In this document: positions 1 to 8,550 of the stretch, in pieces | Position numbering within the stretch: position 1 is the stretch's first letter | How the letters are laid out: each line of letters opens with the position of its first letter | Assembly: GCA_041946805.1 (NCBI GenBank) | Contig: JBHGBC010000141.1 | Span: 1 to 16,097 of the forward strand | DNA from: a bacterium | GTDB taxonomy: Bacteria > Hinthialibacterota > Hinthialibacteria > Hinthialibacterales > Hinthialibacteraceae | DNA length: 16,097 nucleotides | Reading direction: 5' to 3' | Notes under the pieces: generated by a model | Database searches by the model: none | What the model was told of the DNA's origin: nothing | Seen by the model: only the letters and a program-made list of their open reading frames with translations | Translations under genes and position numbers: made by a program

Positions 1-1820
1 CGCTGGCGCATTTGTTCCCGCTGTTCGTCCGTCATGTTCTGCATATCAGGCCGTCCGCCCATTCCGGGTTGTCCCTCTCCCGGTCCTCCCGGACCGAAAC
101 CAGGCCCTGCTTCACCCGCTCCACCTTGACGGTTCCGGCCTCCCCGGCGCATTTCCCCCCCGGTAGTGTCCGGAGCACCCATCCCGCCATCCTGTGGCTG
201 GATGCTTGGTCCGGCGCCGGGTCCCGATCCGGGTTGGGTTCCGGGCGCGGCCGGTTGTCCCCCAGCCGGCGCGGCCATGTCACCTGTTTTCGCGGGCAAG
301 TTGAATTTTTCCTTGTTGGTTCCATCATCCAACTCGGCGGAGGCGAGGGGCGGATTCAGGACCACTTTCTCCCCTTTTTGCAATCCGCTTTTGATCTGGA
401 TGAGACGATTGTTGTCGGGACCGATTTCCACGGTCCGGACTTCCATGGTGTCACCCTTGGCGATGTACACGGAGGGCTTTCCGCCGATCAACAGAACCGT
501 ATGCACAGGGATGTACAACGCATCGTCGAACTGGTCGATGATGATTTCCGCCTCGCAGGTCATCCCGCTGCGCAGGCCATCCCCGTTCCCGTCAATATAG
601 ACTTCGGTATTGTAGACCTTCAGGTCCGGATTCATGAACATGCTTTGCTGGTCCGGCAGAGGAGCGATGGTGGCCACGTGGCCGGTGAAGACTTTGCCGG
701 GCAAGGCCTCGATGGTGATGCGCACCGGCGAATTGATCCGGATTTTATCCAGGACCGATTCATGAATCTTGAGGTCGGCCTTGTAGGAGGATGTGGTGGG
801 CAGATAGATGAGTTCCTGGCGCTCGCGGACGAGCGTGCCTTCGCGGAGGGGTTCTTCATTTCCCCGGAAACCGCGGGACTGGCTGGCATAGACCACGACG
901 CTGTCCATTTCCGCCCGCACGACGGCCTTTTCGATTTGCCCTTCGAGTTTCTTCAGTTTGCTGTTTTGCCGCTCCAATTCCGATTCTTTCGCCTGCAATT
1001 CCGCCGAGGCCTGGACGATGTTGGCGTTGGCTTTCCGCTGAGTGCGTTCCAGGGCCATGGAGGCTTCCTTGACGTCACTGCTCAGCTGGGCCATTTGGCG
1101 TTTGGAGGTAAACTCTTTGAGCAGTTTCAGCGCGTCCTTGGCGGATTCGGTCTGGATTGCCGCCCGGGTGGCCGCTAATTTGTCATTGTCCAGCTCGGAT
1201 TGGGCCAAGTATTTTTGGTCGAAGAGGATCTGGGACCATTTCACATCCTGCTTAGCTAGATTGAGGGCTTCTTGCTGTTGTTGGATATTCGACAAGGCCT
1301 CTTTTTCTGACTTGGGATAATCCCCTTGTTCATATTTTTCCAAATCCAACTTGGCGAAAGAGTAAGTCAATACGGCCTTGTCAATATCGCTCTGGGCCTG
1401 GCTTTTGACGACTTCGAAGTTCTCGCGTGCGTTGATGAAGGCCGCCTCGGCGTTTTGGACCTTGATCTGCTGGTCGATGAGTTCATCCTTGAGCGTGCTG
1501 GTATCCAATTCGAGCAGCAGATCGCCCTTCTTCACGCGCGCGCCATCCGGTGCGATGTAGAGAATGGCGTTCTGGCCTTCGAGTTCGCTTTTGATGACCT
1601 CTTTGTCCCGCGCCTGGATGGTGCCGGCGTAAATGATGCTGATGGTCAAGGGTCCTTGTTGCACCTCGTAGGTGGGCATTTCGAGGGACGCGCCGCCTTT
1701 GAGGCGGTTGTTGATCGTGGCATAACTCAAGCCGCCGATGATACCCAGGCTGAGGATGACCAGACCCACGGACTTGCGGTTCACCAATCCAAAGGGGAAA
1801 TTATTCGCTGGCATGTTCAT
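1..1820 (-). CDS. Efflux periplasmic adaptor / membrane fusion protein (HlyD/MacA-like), 3'-truncated by the window edge (>606 aa)
   Basis: Translated by hand; absent from the ORF track because there is no stop in the window. Open frame from ATG 1820 (alternative 1814): MNMPANNFPFGLVNRKSVGLVILSLGIIGGLSYAT (TM anchor), lipoyl-like halves DGARVKKGDLLLELD and IEKAVVRAEMDSVVVY, beta-barrel motifs IEALPGKVFTGHV and LRSGMTCEAEIII, membrane-proximal motif IKSGLQKGEKVVL. Overlaps the TolC stop codon. Confidence 0.93.
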   Translation of the reverse strand, partial: MNMPANNFPFGLVNRKSVGLVILSLGIIGGLSYATINNRLKGGASLEMPTYEVQQGPLTISIIYAGTIQARDKEVIKSELEGQNAILYIAPDGARVKKGDLLLELDTSTLKDELIDQQIKVQNAEAAFINARENFEVVKSQAQSDIDKAVLTYSFAKLDLEKYEQGDYPKSEKEALSNIQQQQEALNLAKQDVKWSQILFDQKYLAQSELDNDKLAATRAAIQTESAKDALKLLKEFTSKRQMAQLSSDVKEASMALERTQRKANANIVQASAELQAKESELERQNSKLKKLEGQIEKAVVRAEMDSVVVYASQSRGFRGNEEPLREGTLVRERQELIYLPTTSSYKADLKIHESVLDKIRINSPVRITIEALPGKVFTGHVATIAPLPDQQSMFMNPDLKVYNTEVYIDGNGDGLRSGMTCEAEIIIDQFDDALYIPVHTVLLIGGKPSVYIAKGDTMEVRTVEIGPDNNRLIQIKSGLQKGEKVVLNPPLASAELDDGTNKEKFNLPAKTGDMAAPAGGQPAAPGTQPGSGPGAGPSIQPQDGGMGAPDTTGGEMRRGGRNRQGGAGEAGPGFGPGGPGEGQPGMGGRPDMQNMTDEQREQMRQ

Positions 1821-3987
1821 TGTTCCACTCCTGAGGGGAGAATTCTTTCCACATTCCGGTTTCATCCACTTGCAAAACGTCAAGGTCGCGTTGCAATTCC
1901 AGTTCCCCCAGCCGGTAGTCCACCATGGCCCGGGTCAGGTCGTTTTGGGACGAAAGCAAGGACCGTTGGGAATCCAGCAATTGACGGATGTCGATCCGTC
2001 CCGCCTGGAGTTTGAGGTCCATGCCTCTCACCCGGCGTTCGGCCAAGGACACGGCTTGCGCCTGAATCTGCAAGGACGCCCGGCTGTCTTTCAGGTTGCG
2101 CAGCCGGTTGCGGACGTTATTCTTGATCGAATCTTCCAGGTCTTGATACTCCCGCACCGCGCTCTCCAGGTTCAATATGCTTTGGCGGTACGAGACGATT
2201 TCCCGGGTGCGTTCGAGGGGTAAATCCAGAGTCAATACCGCATTATAGCGTCCCTTTTCGAAATCGAGATCGAAGTTGTCCGGTTGCTTGGCGGAACCGA
2301 GGCCGCGGCCCTCACCCGCCGCGGCGTTGCCGAGCAAGGTGAATTCGGCCCGCAGGGCGTCGGCGGCCACCACCACGGCGCGCTGGGCGTCGTATACGTT
2401 GCCCAGGGCGGTCCGCAGGTCCAGGCGGTTTTCCAGGGCCAGTTGGATGGCATCTTCTTCCTCCAGTTCCATGGGCCCCGCGCCTTCGTTGGTCATGGGC
2501 GTGATCACCACCGGCGCATCCGCGGGCGGCACCTCGACGTCCATCATTCGCGAGATATCGATCTGGCTGATTTTCTTGGTGGATTCGAACAGCCGGTCCA
2601 GCTCGCCCCGGTCCAGCTCGATGTGCGCGTCCGGCGGCAGGCCGAGGGTAATTTTGAACGAGTCCAGGCTGCTTTGATAATTGAACAGCGCGGAGACCAA
2701 GTTGTTGCGCGAGCTCAGTTCCGTTTGGATGGCTTCATCCACGTTGAGAGGTTCTTCCCGGCCCGCGTCGGCCAGCCGCCGCAAGCGCCGGGTGGACCGG
2801 ACGATCCCCTCGTAGTTGGCTTTCTGATTGTTGATCTGGTCGATGGCTTGCAGGACCCGCATGTATTCCGACGCGACATCCACGGCGAAGCTGCGCTTGA
2901 AGCGTTCGAAGGAGTAAATCGCGTAAACGGCGCCGCGCTCGGCTTGGGTCAACGGTTCGGCGACAATGTGTTTCCCCGCGCCGCGCAACAGGGGGATGCT
3001 GATGGAGGCGTCGCCGAACAGGCTGGCGGAAGACGCGCTGAAGGGGTTGAGCATCTTCACCAAGTCCATGCCGATCCGGGCGGTCACGGAAATCCCGTTG
3101 AGGAACTGCCGGCTCAGGTTGAGCAATCCGCCGTTGGCAATCCCGCTGGTGGTTTCGTCCCCGCCCAGGTCGGCGCTGATGTCACTATCCCAGGATCCGG
3201 TGAAGGTGTTGCGGTACTGATCCCGTTGCAGGTCCAGATTCAGGGCCGCCCGGAACAGGTTTTCCTTTTGGGATTGGTATTGCCGGTTGTTTTGGGCGGC
3301 GATTTGCAGGGCGTCGATCAGGCTGATGTGGAGGGGGGTGATCGAGGGATCGATTTTGACTCCGCTGATGATTTCCGTCAACCCATTCAAATCGTTCGTC
3401 AGCGAAGGCGTGGCATTCATCACGGAAGGTTCGGAATTCGTGACTGGGAAGGCGGCGTCCGTAATGGTTTCCGTGGCGTTCCTTATGGATTCGGCGGCCT
3501 CCGTCACGGATTCCGTGACATTCAGCACTGATTCTGAGCCGTTCGTCCCTGAATTCACGGTATCCGGCACTTCTTGCGGAGCGGACGCGGAGGATTCCGT
3601 GGATTCCAATACCTCCGTGGCCGCGCCGGGAAAGTAAGCCGTCGCGGCGCCGATTCCCCCCTTGGCCGTCAAATAATCGTCCTGGGGCCAGAACTTGATT
3701 GGTTCCAGGCTTTTGGTGCCCAGGGAGGCGGGCGAACGATAAGGCAATTTTTGATCGAGCATCAATTTTTTCCGCAAGGTCAATTCCGGCGGCTCGAGCG
3801 AGAAGGGCTCGGTGTGCCCCAGCGCTTCCTTTTGTTTTTGTTCGATGATTTTCAACGCAGTCTGGTCGATTTTCTTCCGATGCCCGCCCGCCGTCGCGCA
3901 TCCGCTCAACGCCACCGCCACCGCCATGCCCAGACAAAGCCAATCCGGTTGGATATCCAATTTTTTGCGCAAAGAAGAGACTCCCAT
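1801..3987 (-). CDS. TolC-family outer membrane efflux protein, predicted lipoprotein
   Basis: Lipobox AVALSG-C follows a basic/hydrophobic N-terminus, so the start is probably 3987 or 3993 rather than 4071. Two OEP-like repeats (ISLIDALQIAAQNN, LEEEDAIQLALENRLDL) and LQAGRIDIRQLLDSQRSL. Adjacent to the adaptor gene. Confidence 0.9.
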   Translation of the reverse strand: MGVSSLRKKLDIQPDWLCLGMAVAVALSGCATAGGHRKKIDQTALKIIEQKQKEALGHTEPFSLEPPELTLRKKLMLDQKLPYRSPASLGTKSLEPIKFWPQDDYLTAKGGIGAATAYFPGAATEVLESTESSASAPQEVPDTVNSGTNGSESVLNVTESVTEAAESIRNATETITDAAFPVTNSEPSVMNATPSLTNDLNGLTEIISGVKIDPSITPLHISLIDALQIAAQNNRQYQSQKENLFRAALNLDLQRDQYRNTFTGSWDSDISADLGGDETTSGIANGGLLNLSRQFLNGISVTARIGMDLVKMLNPFSASSASLFGDASISIPLLRGAGKHIVAEPLTQAERGAVYAIYSFERFKRSFAVDVASEYMRVLQAIDQINNQKANYEGIVRSTRRLRRLADAGREEPLNVDEAIQTELSSRNNLVSALFNYQSSLDSFKITLGLPPDAHIELDRGELDRLFESTKKISQIDISRMMDVEVPPADAPVVITPMTNEGAGPMELEEEDAIQLALENRLDLRTALGNVYDAQRAVVVAADALRAEFTLLGNAAAGEGRGLGSAKQPDNFDLDFEKGRYNAVLTLDLPLERTREIVSYRQSILNLESAVREYQDLEDSIKNNVRNRLRNLKDSRASLQIQAQAVSLAERRVRGMDLKLQAGRIDIRQLLDSQRSLLSSQNDLTRAMVDYRLGELELQRDLDVLQVDETGMWKEFSPQEWNNEHASE
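3376..3543 (-). repeat. Degenerate 21-bp (7-aa) tandem repeat, 8 units, inside the TolC gene
   Basis: Protein reads NGSESVL/NVTESVT/EAAESIR/NATETIT/DAAFPVT/NSEPSVM/NATPSLT/NDLNGLT. On the + strand ttc/tcc recurs every 21 bp. Confidence 0.75.
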
Positions 3988-4142
3988 AGTCATGATGATA
4001 AGATCGATATCAGCGAGACAATCCGGAAACCACGGGAGGGCGAACCGCCTGCCCGGCCGGATGCCGCGCATTCGGCTTGGAAAGCCTTTCGCCCTCCCAC
4101 AGTGAAAACCTTCCTTCCAGGATAACGTACACGGGGGATTGT

Positions 4143-4808
4143 TTATTGAGTCCGGGATCTCATCCGCGCCCGCATGTCATCGAATTCTTTCTGCACTTCC
4201 TGAGTTTTGGTTTCCCAGGCGGTTTTCTGTTCGGCGGTCAGAATTTCCCCCGCCTTGGTCTGGAAGGCGGCCTTCTCTTCTTCAAACTTCTTGAGGGCTT
4301 TTTCCCGTTCCGCGTCCTGCGCGCCGCCCGGGAAGCCGGAGACCATGGATTCCACCAATTTCAGCGCCAGGGGTTGCAGTTTCGCGCGTTGCTCGTCCTT
4401 CAGCTCGATCTGCCGCAAAGCCCGCAGGCTGGCGTCGGGCATCGCGCGGCGGGACAGGACCGGCTCGATGGCGGCCAATTCCGTGTCGGACAATTGACCT
4501 TTCAGCAGTTCCTTCAGTTTGGCGGCGGTTTCAGTTTGCATTTTGGCGAAACGTTCCCGCCGCTCTTCCTGAGTCATGTTTTGGAAATCCGCTTGGCTCC
4601 CCTGCATCACCTGGTTCCGCGCTTCGTCATAGGCGGTTGTCACTTTGGCGGACTTTTCCGCGTTCAGGACCAGGGCGTCACATAGCAACCCCGCTGTCTG
4701 ACCGCCGAATCCCCGCCGCTGGCCTGGTTGCGCCTGGGCGAACGAAACCGTGGCTACCATGGCGATGACCGCGGCCGCCAAGGCGATCTGGAATGTGGTT
4801 TTGCTCAT
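4143..4808 (-). CDS. Secreted helical protein, Spy/CpxP (LTxxQ)-like
   Basis: Strong RBS (AAAGGAGAAGAGGAC-ATG) at 4808. Sec signal peptide MSKTTFQIALAAAVIAMVATVSFA. LTAEQK and LKDEQR motifs; charged, helical composition. The family assignment is an inference. Confidence 0.7.
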   Translation of the reverse strand: MSKTTFQIALAAAVIAMVATVSFAQAQPGQRRGFGGQTAGLLCDALVLNAEKSAKVTTAYDEARNQVMQGSQADFQNMTQEERRERFAKMQTETAAKLKELLKGQLSDTELAAIEPVLSRRAMPDASLRALRQIELKDEQRAKLQPLALKLVESMVSGFPGGAQDAEREKALKKFEEEKAAFQTKAGEILTAEQKTAWETKTQEVQKEFDDMRARMRSRTQ

Positions 4809-4870
4809 GTCCTCTTCTCCTTTGATGAGGTTAGGATGGGTGGGGAAACGACACCATTTCCTCACTTTTT

Positions 4871-4900
4871 ATTCGTCACTCCAAGTTCGTAAAAAGTTCC
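4871..4900 (-). promoter_or_regulatory. Candidate ECF-sigma-type promoter or direct-repeat operator upstream of the Spy-like/TolC/adaptor cluster
   Basis: Minus strand reads GGAACTT-N16-GACGAAT. GAACTT occurs twice, 11 bp apart (4894-4899 and 4883-4888). Confidence 0.4.
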
Positions 4901-5081
4901 CTTGATACCCAAAAGATCCCTTCGAATCCCGTCCGGTTTGGATTTCACCCGGCTGGGGAAGCCCTATGCATTTCCGAAAGTCCCGGGACGATTTGTCCGG
5001 GACGCCTAGCCCCCCGCGCCCTTCGTCCCGTACAATAGCCTCCAGGACCGATCCGGTACATCGTTTCCAAAGGAGAAAGCA

Positions 5082-6368
5082 ATGGACACCCTGAAAGCCA
5101 CTGCCGCCCCGGCGCTGCCCCGCCGGAGTTTTTTACAACAATCCCTCCTGGCTGGAAGCGCCGCCGTCTCCTGGACGGCGGCATCCTCCCGCCGGGTGGC
5201 AGGCGCCAACGACCGTCTGGGGTTCGGTGTAATCGGCGCGGGCGGCCGCGGCCACTCGCACCTCGACGTCATCGACAAGCTGAAGAGTGACCATAACCTG
5301 GCGATTGTGGCGGTCTGCGACGCCTTCCGACCCCGGCTGAAGGCCGCCGCCGAGCGGTATTCCGTCCCCAAGCAATACATGGACCACCGCGAGCTGCTGA
5401 AGGATCCCAACGTGGACGCCGTGAGCATCGCCACTCCCGACCACTGGCACGGGTACCAAGCCATTGACGCCCTCGAGGCCGGCAAGGACGTCTATTGTGA
5501 AAAACCGGTCACCCACTGGCGGCAGTTCGAACTCACCAAGCGCCTGGCCCACACCGTGGAGAAATCCAACCAGGTGTTTCAACTGGGCACGCAAGGCATG
5601 TCCGACGGGGCCTGGAGCCTGATGCGCCAACTGGTCCAGGACGGGCTGATCGGACAACTCATCCACGCCGAGTGCGGCTTCTTCCGGATCGGCGACTGGG
5701 GCGAGCGGGGGATGCCCATCGACGATCCGGACGCCAAGCCGGGCGACGATTTGAAATGGGAAACGTTTCTGGGCGATTCGCCCGCGCGGCCTTTCGATGT
5801 CAGCCGTTTCTTCCGCTGGCGCATGTACCGCGACTATGCCGGAGGCCCCGCCACCGACCTTTTCCCGCATTCGCTGACCCCCACCCTGAGCATTCTGGGC
5901 GTGGGCATGCCCGGCGAGGTGGTGGCCGCCGGCGGGATTCTCCGCTACGAGGAGCGCGAGGTGCCCGACACGTACAACATGCTCGTCAGCTACCCGGAAC
6001 GGATCACCATCGCCTGCCTGGGGACACAGGGGAACAGTTACAACGCCACGGGCGCGCGGGGATCGGGCCAACGGATTCCGGTCATCCGCGGTTGGGAGGG
6101 GGCGCTGACCGTGGAGAAGGACGACGTGGTGTTCATCCCCGTGGAGGGCTCCAAGGCCGAAGCCCGGCGCTTTCCGATCGAAAAGGGCGAGAGTTTTCTG
6201 GATTATTACGGCGCGTTCATCACCTGTATCCGGAAGCGGCAAAAAGAAACCCTCAGCCCCATGCATCTGGCGTACAAAGTGCAGACCACGCTGCACATGG
6301 GCATGCTGGCCCTGCACGCCGGCCAAACCGCCAAATTCGACCGGGAGAAGGAAACGATCCTCGTGTGA
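5082..6368 (+). CDS. Gfo/Idh/MocA-family NAD(P)-dependent oxidoreductase with Tat signal
   Basis: RBS AAAGGAGA; twin-arginine motif PRRSFLQ; Rossmann motif GVIGAGGRG; IATPDHWH; YCEKP; catalytic-type DLFPH. Confidence 0.93.
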   Translation: MDTLKATAAPALPRRSFLQQSLLAGSAAVSWTAASSRRVAGANDRLGFGVIGAGGRGHSHLDVIDKLKSDHNLAIVAVCDAFRPRLKAAAERYSVPKQYMDHRELLKDPNVDAVSIATPDHWHGYQAIDALEAGKDVYCEKPVTHWRQFELTKRLAHTVEKSNQVFQLGTQGMSDGAWSLMRQLVQDGLIGQLIHAECGFFRIGDWGERGMPIDDPDAKPGDDLKWETFLGDSPARPFDVSRFFRWRMYRDYAGGPATDLFPHSLTPTLSILGVGMPGEVVAAGGILRYEEREVPDTYNMLVSYPERITIACLGTQGNSYNATGARGSGQRIPVIRGWEGALTVEKDDVVFIPVEGSKAEARRFPIEKGESFLDYYGAFITCIRKRQKETLSPMHLAYKVQTTLHMGMLALHAGQTAKFDREKETILV

Positions 6369-6379
6369 AGGGAAGAAGG

Positions 6380-6401
6380 CCGGGGTGGGAGATTTCCCCG
6401 G
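6380..6401. terminator. GC hairpin between convergent oxidoreductase and gltX genes
   Basis: CCGGGG-N10-CCCCGG in a 42-bp convergent gap. No true U-tract, so terminator function is uncertain. Confidence 0.35.
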
Positions 6402-6410
6402 AGTGCGAAT

Positions 6411-7856
6411 TCACGCGCCCGCCCGTTTTCCCGCGTACGCCAAGGCCGCGCGCAGCCGGGCTGCAACCCGGTTCGCGCCGAGCAGGCCGATGATGTCGAA
6501 AATGGGCGGGCTGACCACGGTTCCCGTCAACGCCAAACGCACCGCCTGGGCCAGAACTTTCATCTTAAGCCCCTGCTTCTCCAGGATGTGTTGAAACGCC
6601 TGTTCCCAGGCCTCATGCGTCAGGTCCGGGCCGCGGTGTTCCGCCGCGAAATCCGCTAGCGCCTGCAGCCCCCGCATTGCCTCCGGCTGGAAGATTTCGA
6701 GGGCGTCTTTCTCCGGATAGGTCAATTCGTCCTGGAACAGGAACCGGACCATCTGGTAAATCTCATCCAGGGTCTTGGCGCGGACCTGCGTGCACTCCAC
6801 GATTTTCATGACGCGCCGGCGGTCCTGGAGAAACGCTTCGGTTTGATCTCCCAGGTATCGCTTGCGGCGCATGTGCTCCGCGAACAGCTCCGCCACTTCC
6901 CCGGCCGGCTTGGCCCGGATGTGCTCGCCGTTCAGCCACAATAATTTCAGGGGATCGAACACCGCCGCCGATTTGTTGATTTCCTCGATGGTAAAGAGCC
7001 GGATCAGCTCGTCCCGCGTGAAGAATTCCTGGTCCCCGTGGCCCCACCCGAGCCGGGCGATATAGTTGATCATCGCGTCGGCCAGATAGCCCTGGTCCCG
7101 GTATTCCAATACGCCCGTCGCGCCGTGCCGCTTGGACAGCCGGGTCTTGTCGCTGCCCAAAATCTGGGGCAAATGCGCGAATTGCGGGATGGAATACCCC
7201 AGGGCTGCGTAGATCAAGACCTGCTTGATGGTATTGTTCAGATGGTCGTCGCCGCGGATGACGTGGGTGATTCCCATGTCGTGATCGTCCACCACCACGG
7301 CGAAGTTGAACGTGGGTGTTCCGTCCGTGCGCAACAACACCAGATCGTCTACTTCCTCGTTGGACACGGCGACTTCACCCCGAATCCGGTCGGAGATGCG
7401 GGTGACACCGGTCTGCGGTGATTTCAGCCGGATGCAGAACGGCGCGCCGTCATCGGGGTGATTCTGGTCACGGCACAATCCGTCGTACCTGGGCTTGAGC
7501 CCCGCGGCCATTTGCCGTTCCCGCAAGGCGTCGATCCGTTCGGCCGGGCAGCGGCAGCGGTAGGCATGGCCTGATTCGATCAATCGCCACGCCTCGGCCT
7601 GATGGCGGGCGAGATTCCGGCTCTGATGAACAGGCTCTTCATCCCAATACAATCCCATCCAGCGCAGGCTTTCGTAAATCGCCTCTTCGCATTCGGGCCG
7701 CGAACGCTCCTTGTCGGTATCTTCGATGCGCAGCAAAAACTGCCCTCCGTAATGGCGGGCGAGCAGGAAATTATAAAGCGCCGTGCGGAAATTCCCGACG
7801 TGTGGTGATCCCGTGGGACTGGGCGCGAAACGTACGCGGAAGGGACTGATATTCAT
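6411..7856 (-). CDS. gltX: Glutamate--tRNA ligase
   Basis: RVRFAPSPTG, HIGH-like HVGN, LRIEDTD, ITHVIRGDDH, KMSKS-like RLSKR, and a full C-terminal anticodon-binding domain (VRLALTG..SPPIF). 481 aa, too long for GluQ. Confidence 0.97.
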   Translation of the reverse strand: MNISPFRVRFAPSPTGSPHVGNFRTALYNFLLARHYGGQFLLRIEDTDKERSRPECEEAIYESLRWMGLYWDEEPVHQSRNLARHQAEAWRLIESGHAYRCRCPAERIDALRERQMAAGLKPRYDGLCRDQNHPDDGAPFCIRLKSPQTGVTRISDRIRGEVAVSNEEVDDLVLLRTDGTPTFNFAVVVDDHDMGITHVIRGDDHLNNTIKQVLIYAALGYSIPQFAHLPQILGSDKTRLSKRHGATGVLEYRDQGYLADAMINYIARLGWGHGDQEFFTRDELIRLFTIEEINKSAAVFDPLKLLWLNGEHIRAKPAGEVAELFAEHMRRKRYLGDQTEAFLQDRRRVMKIVECTQVRAKTLDEIYQMVRFLFQDELTYPEKDALEIFQPEAMRGLQALADFAAEHRGPDLTHEAWEQAFQHILEKQGLKMKVLAQAVRLALTGTVVSPPIFDIIGLLGANRVAARLRAALAYAGKRAGA

Positions 7857-7887
7857 GACGCGATGGTACCCGATCTATAGAGAATGG

Positions 7888-8457
7888 TTACGAATCGATG
7901 GATGTGCGATGTGAAATTCCGTTGCCGAGTTCTTTGCGGAAAACCTGAAAAACCAGCTGGGCGGAACGGTTCATTTCCGAATTGAACCGTTCCATGTCCA
8001 AAACTCCTTTTCGCTGGAGTATGTCAATGAGCCGCAGCAGCACCTGTTTTTGCTTATGGGCCACTTCATGCAACTTGTCCACCGGCTGGATGGAAGAATT
8101 TTCCCCCGTTCCTGGTTCGCGGGCGGCGAACGACTGAACCGCCTCGATCTTGGTTTCGTACCGGTCGAACAACTCCAGCACGCGGCCGATGCTCAAAAAG
8201 CGCTTGACCACATTTTGGGGCCGCAGCAGTTTGATTTTCCCCCCATGTCCCAGAAACTCGCGGTTCAGCCGCAGCAGTATCATGATGGTGGGACTGCCGA
8301 TGAATTTCACATCCTCCAGGTCCAACACGACCTGATAGCGCTTTTCTTCGATCAATCCCTCCAGGCACCGCCGCAGCTGGGCGGCCTCGAAACGCCCGAT
8401 TTCCCCCTGTGGTTTCAATACCGTTACGGAGATGTGATCTTCCCGGTGAATTTTCAT
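7888..8457 (-). CDS. STAS-domain (anti-sigma-factor antagonist-like) protein with C-terminal helical extension
   Basis: VLKPQGEI, VVLDLEDVKFIGS, GGKIKLLRPQNVVKRFL and YETKIEAVQSF follow the SpoIIAA/RsbV pattern. Start 8457 preferred because the upstream extension overlaps a promoter and the neighbouring stop. Confidence 0.85.
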   Translation of the reverse strand: MKIHREDHISVTVLKPQGEIGRFEAAQLRRCLEGLIEEKRYQVVLDLEDVKFIGSPTIMILLRLNREFLGHGGKIKLLRPQNVVKRFLSIGRVLELFDRYETKIEAVQSFAAREPGTGENSSIQPVDKLHEVAHKQKQVLLRLIDILQRKGVLDMERFNSEMNRSAQLVFQVFRKELGNGISHRTSIDS

Positions 8458-8484
8458 GATCTCTCGATGGTTCCGTTCTGGGGG

Positions 8485-8513
8485 ATTATAAGCAGACAAC
8501 CGGGATCGGCCAA
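8485..8513 (-). promoter_or_regulatory. Sigma70-type promoter for STAS-gltX
   Basis: Minus strand TTGGCC-N17-TATAAT, with the -10 box ending 27 nt before the STAS ATG. Confidence 0.65.
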
Positions 8514-8550
8514 GGCAGATTGGCGGGCAGCGCTTCGCTTGGAGCCCCCC

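Noticed and set aside
140..170. C7 homopolymer (155-161) as a frameshift or phase-variation site in the adaptor tail
   Set aside because: The frame stays open through it (TTGGEMRRGG), and a 7-mer in Gly-rich GC sequence is unremarkable.
12..3531. Long + strand ORFs 12..1178, 1326..2015 and 2284..3531
   Set aside because: Antisense shadows of the adaptor and TolC genes, typical of high-GC codon usage; no recognisable motifs.
3376..3543. Periodic DNA as a possible CRISPR array or non-coding repeat
   Set aside because: Units are 21 bp, degenerate, spacer-less and in frame within TolC; it is a coding repeat.
6770..6800. Using the Arg in TQVRAKTL to call GluRS discriminating
   Set aside because: That Arg also occurs in non-discriminating enzymes, so it is not diagnostic without knowing whether glnS is present.
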